DNA of 33,204 nt from Burkholderiales bacterium (GCA_947456845.1 CANGUJ010000003.1:1-33204), one strand, 5' to 3'. Shown: positions 8,708-18,303, numbered from the stretch's first letter. The notes: generated by a model not told the origin, from the letters alone. Made by a program: numbers and translations.

Positions 8708-9550
8708 CTAGCGGCCGGCCCGCGCCATGAACACAAGCCGCTCGAACAGCTGCACGTCCTGCTCGTTCTTGAGCAGGGCACCATGCAGCGGCGGGATGAC
8801 GGTCTTGCTGTCCTTGGCCTTGAGCGCTTCGGGCGGGATGTCCTCGGCCAGCAGCAGCTTGAGCCAGTCGAGCAGTTCGGAGGTCGAAGGCTTCTTCTTG
8901 AGGCCCGGAATCTCGCGCATCTGGAAGAAAACCTCCAGCGCTTCCTTGAGCAATTCCTTCTTGAGGCCCGGGAAGTGCACGTCGACGATTTTCTGCATCG
9001 TTTCCTTGTCAGGGAACTTGATGTAGTGGAAGAAGCAGCGGCGCAGGAAGGCGTCCGGCAATTCCTTTTCATTGTTGGAGGTGATCATCACCACCGGCCG
9101 CTGGCGTGCCTTGACGGTCTGGCGCGTTTCGTAGACATAAAACTCCATGCGGTCGAGTTCGCGCAACAGGTCGTTGGGAAACTCGATGTCGGCCTTGTCG
9201 ATCTCGTCGATCAGCAGCACCGACTGCCGTTCCGCCTCGAACGCCTGCCAAAGCACGCCGCGGACGATGTAATTGTGGATGTCCTTGACCTTTTGGTCGC
9301 CGAGTTGCGAATCGCGCAGTCGCGAGACCGCGTCGTCCTCGTACAGGCCCTGCTGGGCCTTGGTGGTCGACTTGATGTGCCACTGCATCAGAGGCATGTC
9401 GAGCGCAGCGGCGACCTCCTCGGCGAGCATGGTCTTGCCGGTGCCCGGTTCGCCCTTGATGAGGAGCGGGCGCTGCAATGTGATGGCGGCGTTGACCGCC
9501 AGCCGCAGGTCGTCGGTGGCGACGTAGTTCTTGGAGCCTTCAAAACGCAT
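8708..9550 (-). CDS. MoxR family AAA+ ATPase
   Basis: Walker A GEPGTGKT, Walker B LLIDEIDKAD, sensor TSNNEKELPDAFLRRC. Confidence 0.92.
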   Translation of the reverse strand: MRFEGSKNYVATDDLRLAVNAAITLQRPLLIKGEPGTGKTMLAEEVAAALDMPLMQWHIKSTTKAQQGLYEDDAVSRLRDSQLGDQKVKDIHNYIVRGVLWQAFEAERQSVLLIDEIDKADIEFPNDLLRELDRMEFYVYETRQTVKARQRPVVMITSNNEKELPDAFLRRCFFHYIKFPDKETMQKIVDVHFPGLKKELLKEALEVFFQMREIPGLKKKPSTSELLDWLKLLLAEDIPPEALKAKDSKTVIPPLHGALLKNEQDVQLFERLVFMARAGR

Positions 9551-9708
9551 GGCGCTTTTCGTCCATATCTTGGAGATGATCGACCGATTATAGGGTAACC
9601 CCCATGCGCGTAGCGACTCGGATCGGCGGAGCGGCGCAGGCCACAGTGTCGGTGGAGAATTGTCTTATAATCGTCGGGTTGGGTTTTGCGACAAGACTAC
9701 ACAATCAT

Positions 9709-10053
9709 ATGAAAAACTCCCTCTTGATAGGGGCACTGCTTGTGAGTACGGCATCGATGCCTACTGCCTGGGCCCAAGGCGCTGACATCGGCGCCGGCAA
9801 GTCCGGCGGCAAGGCGGCCATGTGCATCGGCTGCCACGGCATTCCCGGGTACAAGGTGGCCTATCCGCATGTCTATCATGTGCCCTATATCGCCGGTCAG
9901 AATGTCAAATATCTGGAACTGGCGCTCAAGGCCTACCAAAGCGGCGAACGCAAGCACCCGACCATGCGGTCGATCGCGGCAGGCCTTTCCGACAAGGACA
10001 TCTCGGAACTCGCGGCTTACTACGGAAACGCGCAGAAGGGGGGGGCGAAATGA
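9709..10053 (+). CDS. Periplasmic monoheme cytochrome c (c4/c553-like)
   Basis: Signal peptide, CIGCH heme motif, distal Met in HPTM; TATAAT at 9666-9671 upstream. Confidence 0.9.
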   Translation: MKNSLLIGALLVSTASMPTAWAQGADIGAGKSGGKAAMCIGCHGIPGYKVAYPHVYHVPYIAGQNVKYLELALKAYQSGERKHPTMRSIAAGLSDKDISELAAYYGNAQKGGAK

Positions 10054-10403
10054 TGTTGCGCCTGATGCTTTCAGCACTGCTACTCGCGCTCGCAGGTCCT
10101 GCCGCCGCGGCGGGCAATATCGAGCGCGGCAAGCAGAAGGCCGACCAGGTGTGCGCGGCTTGTCATGCCGTCGGGGGCGACTGGAACAAGCCGCTCCAGC
10201 CGGAGTATCCGCGCCTGGCAGGCCAGTACCGGGACTACCTCGTGACCACACTCAACGCTTACAAGCAGGGCGAAAAGTCCCAGATCGGCCGCAAGAACGC
10301 GATCATGGCAGGGCAGGCGGCTGCTCTTTCGCGCCAGGAGATCGAGGACATTTCTGCGTTTCTGGCTTCACTTCCCGGCCCGCTGTTTACCAAATCGCGC
10401 TGA
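10050..10403 (+). CDS. Periplasmic monoheme cytochrome c (c4/c553-like)
   Basis: ATGA overlap with the previous gene; signal peptide, CAACH, YPRLAGQY and NAIM motifs. Confidence 0.9.
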   Translation: MMLRLMLSALLLALAGPAAAAGNIERGKQKADQVCAACHAVGGDWNKPLQPEYPRLAGQYRDYLVTTLNAYKQGEKSQIGRKNAIMAGQAAALSRQEIEDISAFLASLPGPLFTKSR

Positions 10404-10427
10404 CACCACACGCGGGGCGCGCATGAC

Positions 10428-10456
10428 ACGCCGGCTTCCCAGCCGGCGTTTTGTTT
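10428..10456 (+). terminator. Rho-independent terminator after the cytochrome c pair
   Basis: ACGCCGGCT-tccc-AGCCGGCGT stem followed by TTTGTTT. Confidence 0.7.
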
Positions 10457-10474
10457 CGGGCGCCGCGGAACGCG

Positions 10475-11392
10475 CTATTTGGTGACGATCTTGTTGGCCT
10501 TGCTGATCGCGGTACGGATTTCTGCGATGGCCTTCTCGATCTCTTCGTCGGACAGGGATTCGCCTTTGGCGGCTTGCTCGAAGCCTTCGATCTGCGAGGA
10601 AAACTGGTCCGCCGGCAAGGTGAGGGTGGACACCGAGTCCGGCCCCTCGGGCCCGACGACGTTCCAGGTCATCGCAACGGCGGTGAGGTTGTCGGCGTCG
10701 GCTCCCGCCCTGCGCTCCGCTTGGTTCATCAGAGCGGGCACTGCCCGCATTACGCCATCGTTGATGAATGCGGTGGCGATGATGCGCGAGGGCAGCGGTC
10801 CCCATACGCCGTCAGTACAGAGCATCAGGGTGTCTCCTGCCTTCAGGCGCTGGGGCGCGGCGATGTCGACTTGCGGCGGTACGTGGGCGCCCAGGCAGCT
10901 GAAGATCTTGTTGCGGTCGGGGTGCGCTGACACCGCCTCTTCGCGCACGATACCCTGCAGCACCAGTTGCTGAATGCGCGAATGGTCTCGGGTCTGGTTG
11001 ACGATCTGGCCGGCGCGGATCAGGTAGATGCGCGAGTCGCCGGCATGCGCCCACCAGGTCTGCCCATCCTGCACCACGGCCGCCACCACGGTCGTGCGCG
11101 GGGTTTCCAGTAGGCCGTGTTCCTCCGCGTATTGCAGGATCGCTGCATGCGCGCCCGCGATCGCGGAATCGAGGAATGCGCTCGGGTCCGCTAGCTTCGG
11201 CCGCCCTTCGCGCTGGAATTTCTGGCCCACGAATTCCACCGTGATCTGGGCGGCGATCTCGCCGTGCATATGGCCGCCCATGCCGTCGGCCACGATGATC
11301 ATCAGCGACTCGCGCGAGAACACATACCCCATGCGGTCCTGGTTGTATTTGCGGCCGCCCTTGCGGCTTTCCTGGAAAATCGAGAATTTCAT
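10475..11392 (-). CDS. PP2C/PPM family Ser/Thr phosphatase
   Basis: RKYNQD, VADGMGGH, HAGDSR, LCTDG and ADNLT motifs. Confidence 0.92.
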   Translation of the reverse strand: MKFSIFQESRKGGRKYNQDRMGYVFSRESLMIIVADGMGGHMHGEIAAQITVEFVGQKFQREGRPKLADPSAFLDSAIAGAHAAILQYAEEHGLLETPRTTVVAAVVQDGQTWWAHAGDSRIYLIRAGQIVNQTRDHSRIQQLVLQGIVREEAVSAHPDRNKIFSCLGAHVPPQVDIAAPQRLKAGDTLMLCTDGVWGPLPSRIIATAFINDGVMRAVPALMNQAERRAGADADNLTAVAMTWNVVGPEGPDSVSTLTLPADQFSSQIEGFEQAAKGESLSDEEIEKAIAEIRTAISKANKIVTK

Positions 11393-11404
11393 GGGGCAGA
11401 CCGC

Positions 11405-12385
11405 CTAGCGCGATGATTCGGGTTTTTCGGTTTCCCCTGCAGGCGGGCGGGTGACGTCGTCTATGACGCGCTTGAATCCGGTGACGACAACAGCCCTGGG
11501 CTGCTCGGGGATGCGGTTCTCGACGATGGCCTTTTGCAGGCTGAACACGCTTTGCGGGCGCTTAAGATGGTCCATCTCCAAACACCAGTCGATGATCTCC
11601 AGGAGTTGCTTTGCATACTTGCCGCGGAAGGTCTTGGCGACCGGCTGCATGCGGTCTTTCTCCAGTCGCTGGTCTGCAGCTTGCGGCGCCATGCCAGACA
11701 GGCAGGCGAACATGGACGCGCCGATCGAATAGATGTCGGTCCAAGGGCCCAGGGTTTCACGGTTCTTGTATTGCTCCGGTGCCGCGAAGCCGGGCGTGTA
11801 CATTGGGTTGAGTTTTGGGGCGTCGCTGATCAGGGTCTGGCGGGCCGCGCCGAAATCGAGCAGGACCGGGATGCCGTCGTTGCGGATATAGATGTTGGCG
11901 GGTTTCAAGTCCAGGTGCAGCAGTTTGTTGGTGTGAACCTCGCGTAAACCGTTCATCAACTGCACGAACACATGGCGAATGAAGTTCTCCTTGATCTCGC
12001 CCTTGCGCTGCACGATATGTTCCTGCAGGGTGCGCCCGCGCTCGTACTGCATGACCATATAGACGGTCTCGTTGGCGCGAAAGAAATTGATAACTCGCAC
12101 CACGTTGGCATGGGAAATCCTGGCCAAGGCGCGCCCTTCCTCGAAGAAGCACTTCATGCCGTAGCGGAACAGGTTGACATGCTCCGGCGTGATGGTCGGC
12201 AGGATCTGGCCCTGGCCGCGCAGGGACAGGCCGGCGGGGAGGTATTCCTTGATGGCCACGGGCGATCCGTATTCGTCATAGGCCAGGTACACGATTGAAA
12301 ATCCACCTGACGCGATCGGGCGCGCGATACGGTAGTTTTCCAGAATCGTGTTCTCAGGCAACGCCGAATTCGACTGTGCGGCCAT
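11405..12385 (-). CDS. Soluble Hanks-type Ser/Thr protein kinase
   Basis: GGFSIVY, VAIKE, HLDLKPAN, DFG, APE and DIYSIG subdomains; no transmembrane segment. Confidence 0.92.
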   Translation of the reverse strand: MAAQSNSALPENTILENYRIARPIASGGFSIVYLAYDEYGSPVAIKEYLPAGLSLRGQGQILPTITPEHVNLFRYGMKCFFEEGRALARISHANVVRVINFFRANETVYMVMQYERGRTLQEHIVQRKGEIKENFIRHVFVQLMNGLREVHTNKLLHLDLKPANIYIRNDGIPVLLDFGAARQTLISDAPKLNPMYTPGFAAPEQYKNRETLGPWTDIYSIGASMFACLSGMAPQAADQRLEKDRMQPVAKTFRGKYAKQLLEIIDWCLEMDHLKRPQSVFSLQKAIVENRIPEQPRAVVVTGFKRVIDDVTRPPAGETEKPESSR

Positions 12386-12496
12386 GCGTTCGCTCGTTGC
12401 TCCTAGGCTGCTCTTATAATCGGGATTCGTGTGGGAATTGTAACCAAATTGAATACGCGTCCCGTGCGCGGATGCGCCCTAGAACGGGGAAACGAC

Positions 12497-13366
12497 GTGA
12501 TTTTTTCGATGACGGGCTACGGCACTGCGACGCGCGAACTGCCGCACGGCGCGTTGAGCCTGGAGATCAAGGGCGTCAATTCGCGGTTTCTCGACCTGGT
12601 GTTCCGCCTGAACGATGAACTGCGTGCGCTCGAGCCGGCATTGCGGGAAATGGTGACCGCCGCGGTCAGCCGCGGCAAGGTCGAGGTCCGCTTGGGATAC
12701 GGCCGCGAAACGGCCAGGGCGGCCCGCCCGCTGGCTCCCAACGTCGATATGGTCGCCCGTCTCGCACACGCGTCGAACGAGGTCAGGCGGCTGGTCGCGG
12801 ATGCGGCACCGCTTTCCACCCGCGAAATTCTTGAGTGGCCCGGCGTGCTGGAAGACGCCAGCATGCCGCAGGATGTGCTGCGCAGCGCGGCCATGGATCT
12901 CGCGCGCGAGGCACTCGGCGAATACCAGGCCTCGCGCGGGCGGGAGGGCGCCAAGCTGGCCGCGATGCTCGAGGAGCGCGTCGCCGCGATCTCCGAATGG
13001 GTGAAGAAGATCGAACCGCTGCTGCCGGCGATCGTTGCCGAGCATCAGGCCCGGGTCGCGGCGCGGCTGCGTGAGGCGCTGGGATCCGCCGATGACGAGC
13101 GCGTGCGTCAGGAAGTCGCGATGTTCGGCATTCGCATCGATGTCGCGGAGGAGCTTTCGCGTCTTGGCGCGCATCTGGGCGAGGTGCGGCGGGTGCTGTC
13201 GCGCGGGGGTGCCTGCGGCAAGCGGCTCGATTTCCTCATGCAGGAACTGCACCGCGAAGCCAACACGCTGGGCTCGAAGTCGGTATCCACCGAGGTGTCG
13301 TCGAGCGCCATGGAAATCAAGATCCTGATCGAGCAGATGCGCGAGCAGGTACAGAACATCGAATGA
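12497..13366 (+). CDS. yicC: YicC/YloC family endoribonuclease
   Basis: GTG start giving (M)IFSMTGYG; VNSRFLD, GKRLDFLMQELHREANTLGSK and EQMREQVQNIE motifs; TATAAT at 12415-12420. Confidence 0.93.
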   Translation: MIFSMTGYGTATRELPHGALSLEIKGVNSRFLDLVFRLNDELRALEPALREMVTAAVSRGKVEVRLGYGRETARAARPLAPNVDMVARLAHASNEVRRLVADAAPLSTREILEWPGVLEDASMPQDVLRSAAMDLAREALGEYQASRGREGAKLAAMLEERVAAISEWVKKIEPLLPAIVAEHQARVAARLREALGSADDERVRQEVAMFGIRIDVAEELSRLGAHLGEVRRVLSRGGACGKRLDFLMQELHREANTLGSKSVSTEVSSSAMEIKILIEQMREQVQNIE

Positions 13367-13409
13367 ACGGGCCGGGCGCGATCGGCGATTCTCCGGGCGG
13401 GAGTCCCGC

Positions 13410-14042
13410 TTGAGCGGATCGTTGTTCATCATCTCGGCGCCTTCCGGCGCCGGCAAGTCCACCTTGGTGAACGCGATGCTGGCCGGGGATGATCGCCTGT
13501 GCCTTTCCGTATCGCACACCACGCGCGCGCCGCGCGGGGCCGAGCGGGACGGGCGCGAATACCATTTCGTGTCCCGCGAGGCGTTTCTCGCGATGCGGGC
13601 GCACGGCGACTTCTTCGAGAGCGCGGAGGTGCACGGCAACCTGTACGGGACCTCGCGCGCGGCTGTGGCCGATCTGATTGGCGCCGGGCGGGATGTGATT
13701 TTCGAGATTGATTGCCAGGGGGCGCGCCAGTTGCGCGGCGTGTTCCCGGCCGCAGTCGCCGTCTTCATCCTCCCGCCATCGATGGCGGAACTTGAGCGGC
13801 GACTGCGCGGGCGAGGCACCGAAAGCGGGGAGGTGGTTGCCCGTCGACTTGCCGCCGCTACAGAGGAGATTCGGCAGGCTTCGCTGTTCGACTATGTTAT
13901 TATCAACGACGAACTTTCCGAGGCACTGAGACAGCTTCAGGCGATCGTCGTGGCTGCGCGGCATCGCTTCGCGACAGTGAGCGAGCGCGAAAGAAGACTG
14001 TTCGCCGACTTCGGGATCAACACAAGTCAGGTTTCGGAGTAG
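13410..14042 (+). CDS. gmk: Guanylate kinase
   Basis: SAPSGAGKST, SVSHTTRAPR and GNLYGT motifs; yicC-gmk-rpoZ-spoT gene order. Confidence 0.95.
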   Translation: MSGSLFIISAPSGAGKSTLVNAMLAGDDRLCLSVSHTTRAPRGAERDGREYHFVSREAFLAMRAHGDFFESAEVHGNLYGTSRAAVADLIGAGRDVIFEIDCQGARQLRGVFPAAVAVFILPPSMAELERRLRGRGTESGEVVARRLAAATEEIRQASLFDYVIINDELSEALRQLQAIVVAARHRFATVSERERRLFADFGINTSQVSE

Positions 14043-14051
14043 CGCACCATC

Positions 14052-14258
14052 ATGGCCAGAATCACCGTTGAAGATTGCCTCACCAAGATTCCCAACCGCT
14101 TCCAGCTGACGCTGGCGGCCACCTACCGGGCTCGCCAACTCGCCCAGGGTGCTTCGCCCAAGATCGAGGGCAGCCGCGACAAGCACACCGTTACCGCATT
14201 GCGCGAAATCGCCTCCGGCCACGTGGGCCTGGAGATGCTCAAGCACGTCAAGTCGTGA
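14052..14258 (+). CDS. rpoZ: RNA polymerase omega subunit
   Basis: [32 protein letters not shown]. Confidence 0.97.
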   Translation: MARITVEDCLTKIPNRFQLTLAATYRARQLAQGASPKIEGSRDKHTVTALREIASGHVGLEMLKHVKS

Positions 14259-14285
14259 CGTGGCGTCTGGCGCGGTGATCGCTGC

Positions 14286-16538
14286 ATGGAACCCGCCAGA
14301 CCCCGCCAGACACACCTGGCGCGCGTCATAGACATCGCGGACGGGCGCGAGCGCACCGCTGCGGGCCGTCCAGGCGCCGACGACGACGAAGCGCTCCCCG
14401 GCAAAGATGCACAGTTTCAGGCGCTGCGCGTAGCGATATCGGCTTATCTCAAGCCTGCCGACCTCGAGCGCGTGGAGCAGGCATTCGCCTTCAGCGAGGC
14501 GGCGCATAAGGGGCAAATGCGCGCCAGTGGCGAGGAATACATCACCCATCCGCTGGCGGTGGCGTCGATATGCGCCTCGTGGAAGCTCGACATCCAGGCG
14601 CTCCTGGCGGCTCTGCTGCATGATGTGGTCGAGGACACCGGCGTCACCACGGCGCACATCGCAGAACGTTTCGGGGCGGCGGTGGCCGAGCTGGTCGATG
14701 GCGTGTCCAAGCTCGACAAGATCGAGTTCCAGAGCCAGGAAGACGCGCAGGCGGAGAATTTCCGCAAGATGCTTCTGGCGATGGCGCGCGATGTCCGCGT
14801 CATGCTCGTCAAGCTGGCGGATCGCCTGCACAACATGCGCACGCTTTCGGCGCTCAAGAGCCCGAAGCGGCGCCGCATCGCGCGGGAGACCCTGGACATT
14901 CACGCGCCGATCGCGCACCGCCTCGGCTTGAACCAGGTCTATCGCGAACTGCAGGACCTGAGCCTGGCCAACCTCTATCCGCATCGCTACGCGGTGATTT
15001 CCAAGGCCGTCAAGTCGGCCCGCGGGAATCGCCGCGAGGGCATAGGCAAGATCCTCGAGACCATTCAGCGGGTGCTGCCCGAAGCCGGCATCACCGCCCA
15101 GGTGTACGGCCGCGAGAAGCATCTGTACGGCATCTACCGCAAGATGGTCGAGAAGCGCCTGACCTTTTCCCAGGTGCTCGACATCTACGGCTTCCGGGTG
15201 GTCGTGTCCGACGTGGCTGCGTGCTATCTGGCCCTGGGCGCCCTGCACAGCCTCTACAAGCCGGTGCCGGGCAAGTTCAAGGATTACATCGCCATTCCCA
15301 AGGTGAACGGCTACCAGTCGCTGCACACCACGCTGATCGGCCCGTATGGCACACCGGTGGAAATGCAGATCCGCACCGCGGAGATGCACCGGATCGCCGA
15401 GGCGGGTGTGGCAGCGCACTGGCTATACAAGAGCGACGACGCGCCGATATCGGATGTGCAGAAGAAGACGCACAAGTGGTTGCAGTCGCTGCTCGACATC
15501 CAGAACAACTCGCGCGATCCGGTGGAGTTCCTGGAGCATGTCAAGGTGGACCTGTTTCCCGACGAGGTCTACGTGTTCACCCCCAAGGGCCGCATCATGG
15601 CACTGCCGCGCGGCGCGACGGCAGTCGATTTCGCCTATACCGTGCATACCGACGTGGGCGACCAGACCGTGGGCGCCAAGATCAATGGCGAATCGATGCC
15701 TTTGCGTACCGAACTGAAGAACGGCGACCTGGTGGAGATCATCACTTCCCCCGGTTCGCAGCCCAATCCCGGCTGGCTGGGTTTTGTTCGCACCGGCAAG
15801 GCGCGCGCGCATATCCGCCACTATATGAAGACGGTGAAGTACGAGGAGTCGGTCGGTCTGGGGCAGCGGCTGTTGGGGCAAGCCCTGCGCGCGCTCGGCA
15901 TCTCCCAGGGGGATCTGGACGCCAATCGCTGGGAGCGCATCGTGCGCGACGCTGGCGCCAAAACCCGGCAGGAACTCTATGCCGACATCGGCCTGGGCAA
16001 GCGTCTGGCGGCCGTGGTGGCGCGCCGGTTGGCCGCCGCGTCGGGCATGGAAGGCGCGGTGCAGGAGGGCAGGGCGGAACCGCGCAATATGCCGGTCACC
16101 ATTCGCGGCGCCGATGGCATGGCGGTGCAACTGGCCACTTGCTGTCGCCCGATTCCCGGCGATCCCATCATCGGCCATATCAGCAAAGGCCAGGGGTTGG
16201 TGATCCATACCCATGACTGCAAAGCCATTGCCAAGTCGCGTCGCAAAGAGCCGGACAACTGGGTCGATGTGGAATGGGACCCTGAACCGGACAAGCATTT
16301 CAACGTGACCATCCGCGCCCTGGTCACCAACGGAAGGGGCATCCTGGCAAAGGTCGCCGCGGAAATCACCGCGGCCGACACCAACATCACCAACGTGCAC
16401 ACCGAGGACGATGAGACCGGCAATTACGCGATCATGGAATTCTCGATCGATGTGTCCGATCGGGCCCATCTGGCGCGCGTCATGCGCGCATTGAGGCGCC
16501 TGCAGGAAGTCGTGCGCATCAACCGCATCAAGGCCTGA
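14286..16538 (+). CDS. spoT: Bifunctional (p)ppGpp synthetase/hydrolase
   Basis: Intact HD domain (LLHDVVED, KLADRLHNMRT), synthetase (GREK..DIYGFR..KFKDYI..NGYQSLHT), TGS, CC (CCRPIPGD) and ACT domains; exact start uncertain. Confidence 0.95.
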   Translation: MEPARPRQTHLARVIDIADGRERTAAGRPGADDDEALPGKDAQFQALRVAISAYLKPADLERVEQAFAFSEAAHKGQMRASGEEYITHPLAVASICASWKLDIQALLAALLHDVVEDTGVTTAHIAERFGAAVAELVDGVSKLDKIEFQSQEDAQAENFRKMLLAMARDVRVMLVKLADRLHNMRTLSALKSPKRRRIARETLDIHAPIAHRLGLNQVYRELQDLSLANLYPHRYAVISKAVKSARGNRREGIGKILETIQRVLPEAGITAQVYGREKHLYGIYRKMVEKRLTFSQVLDIYGFRVVVSDVAACYLALGALHSLYKPVPGKFKDYIAIPKVNGYQSLHTTLIGPYGTPVEMQIRTAEMHRIAEAGVAAHWLYKSDDAPISDVQKKTHKWLQSLLDIQNNSRDPVEFLEHVKVDLFPDEVYVFTPKGRIMALPRGATAVDFAYTVHTDVGDQTVGAKINGESMPLRTELKNGDLVEIITSPGSQPNPGWLGFVRTGKARAHIRHYMKTVKYEESVGLGQRLLGQALRALGISQGDLDANRWERIVRDAGAKTRQELYADIGLGKRLAAVVARRLAAASGMEGAVQEGRAEPRNMPVTIRGADGMAVQLATCCRPIPGDPIIGHISKGQGLVIHTHDCKAIAKSRRKEPDNWVDVEWDPEPDKHFNVTIRALVTNGRGILAKVAAEITAADTNITNVHTEDDETGNYAIMEFSIDVSDRAHLARVMRALRRLQEVVRINRIKA

Positions 16539-16621
16539 TCAGCGCCCCGCCGCCGCTCTGCGGGAGTGGAGCGGGCGCGCGCCGGGATGACGACGCGCCC
16601 GTAATCTCGCTGCGCCGGCGA

Positions 16622-17599
16622 CTACGGCAGCAGGACCGCGGAGCCGGTGGTCTTGCGCCCCTCGAGGTCGCTGTGCGCCTGGGCCGCGTCCTTGAGCGCA
16701 TAGCGATGGTTGATGTTGACCTTCACCTGACCGCTCGTCACGACGCCGAACAGGTCGGCGGCCATGCGCTCGAGCCTGCCGCGATCCGCGACATAGGTCA
16801 TCAAGGTCGGGCGCTGCACGTAGATGGACCCTTTTTGCGACAGCACGCCGAGATTGACCGGCGGCACGGCGCCGGACGCGTTGCCGAAGCTGATCATGTA
16901 GCCGAGCGGCTGCAGGCAATTGAGCGAGCTGTCCCAGGTGTCCTTGCCGACCGAATCAAACACTGCCGGCACCCCCTTGCCGCCGGTGATTTCCTTGACC
17001 CGCGCGACGATGTCCTCGCGGGAGGTCACCACCGTGTGGGTGCAGCCGTGCGCCCGCGCGACTTCGGCTTTGGCGTCGTTCGAGACGGTACCGATCACAT
17101 TGACGCCAAGAGCCTTGAGCCACTGCATCGCGAACAAGCCCACGCCGCCCGCTGCGGCCGTCCAGAGGACGGTGTCGCCTGCCTTGACGGGGTAGGACTG
17201 CTTGATCAGGTACTGGACCGTCATGCCCTGCAGCATCATGGCCGCGCCCTGCTCGAAGCTGATCGCCTCGGGCAATTTCACGAGCACCCCTGCCGGCATC
17301 ACCCGTACCTCGCAGTAGGCGCCGTTGCCGCCACCGGCGTAGGCGACCCGGTCTCCCGGCTTGACATGCGTGACCCCGGCGCCGACCGCCTCGACCACGC
17401 CGGCACCCTCCGAGCCCAGGCCCGCCGGGAACGATGCCGAAGGGTAGAGGCCGGTACGGAAATAGATGTCGATGAAGTTGAGGCCGACCGCATGATGGCG
17501 TACCCGCGCCTCTCCCGGACCGGGGTCGCCGACGACGACTTCGTCGAGGCTCAGGACTTCCGGGCCGCCGTTCTTGTGAATGCGAATTGCCTTGGGCAT
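16622..17599 (-). CDS. qor: NADPH:quinone oxidoreductase (zeta-crystallin family)
   Basis: MPKAIRI..GGPEVL, GLNFIDIYFRTGLY and AAAGGVG motifs; AGGAG RBS upstream. Confidence 0.9.
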   Translation of the reverse strand: MPKAIRIHKNGGPEVLSLDEVVVGDPGPGEARVRHHAVGLNFIDIYFRTGLYPSASFPAGLGSEGAGVVEAVGAGVTHVKPGDRVAYAGGGNGAYCEVRVMPAGVLVKLPEAISFEQGAAMMLQGMTVQYLIKQSYPVKAGDTVLWTAAAGGVGLFAMQWLKALGVNVIGTVSNDAKAEVARAHGCTHTVVTSREDIVARVKEITGGKGVPAVFDSVGKDTWDSSLNCLQPLGYMISFGNASGAVPPVNLGVLSQKGSIYVQRPTLMTYVADRGRLERMAADLFGVVTSGQVKVNINHRYALKDAAQAHSDLEGRKTTGSAVLLP

Positions 17600-17718
17600 G
17601 CGTTTCTCCTTGCGTTGTTTGTGTCGATGAAAAGGTCGAGAGGATACCATCCGCCTGCGCCGCTTCGCGGCATAATCTCGGACGATCCAACTCTGACGGG
17701 AGCCCGACAATGTCTTGC

Positions 17719-18288
17719 ATGATTCGGTTCGCCTTGGCGGCCATGTTCTGCCTGGCGTTTTCCGCCCGCGCCGCCGACGTGGCCGGCGTCCGGATTGCCG
17801 AAACCGCGAGCCTCGGCGGCGTCGAGCTCAAGTTGAACGGCGCCGGCATTCGTACCCGGGCGGTGTTCAAGGTGTACGTCGGCGCCCTGTATCTGGCCGA
17901 GAAGAAGTCTGCCGCGGCCGATGCGATCGCCGTCAGGGGCCCCAAGCGCATCGCGCTTCACATGTTGCGCGACCTTTCCGCGGATCAGCTCGGCGGGGCG
18001 CTCAACGACGGTCTGGTCGCGAATCTGTCCGAGGCGGAACTGGCCCGCTTCAAGCTGCAGATCGAGGACCTCAAGGCCACCATGGAGGCGGTGGGTGCGG
18101 CCAGGGAAAAAAGCGTCGTGACCATCGATTTCCTGCCCGATGCGGGGCTGCGGATCGCCATCGACGGCGCACCGCGCGGTAAGACCATTCCCGGTGAGGA
18201 TTTCTATCGCGCCCTGATGAAGATCTGGCTCGGCGAGAAGCCGGTTGACCGTGCGCTCAAGGCGGCCATGCTGGGCCAGGCCGGCTGA
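17719..18288 (+). CDS. Secreted chalcone isomerase-like protein
   Basis: Signal peptide; LKLNGAGIR..FKVYVGALYL and IWLGEKPVD motifs; alternative start at 17710. Confidence 0.85.
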   Translation: MIRFALAAMFCLAFSARAADVAGVRIAETASLGGVELKLNGAGIRTRAVFKVYVGALYLAEKKSAAADAIAVRGPKRIALHMLRDLSADQLGGALNDGLVANLSEAELARFKLQIEDLKATMEAVGAAREKSVVTIDFLPDAGLRIAIDGAPRGKTIPGEDFYRALMKIWLGEKPVDRALKAAMLGQAG

Positions 18289-18303
18289 TCCCGGGGCTTC
18301 CCG

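Noticed and set aside
13317-16469. Long minus-strand ORFs (700 aa and 348 aa)
   Set aside because: Antisense shadows of gmk/rpoZ/spoT caused by high-GC codon bias.
16539-16621. tRNA after spoT (present in some relatives)
   Set aside because: No cloverleaf, T-loop GTTCRA or CCA end visible.
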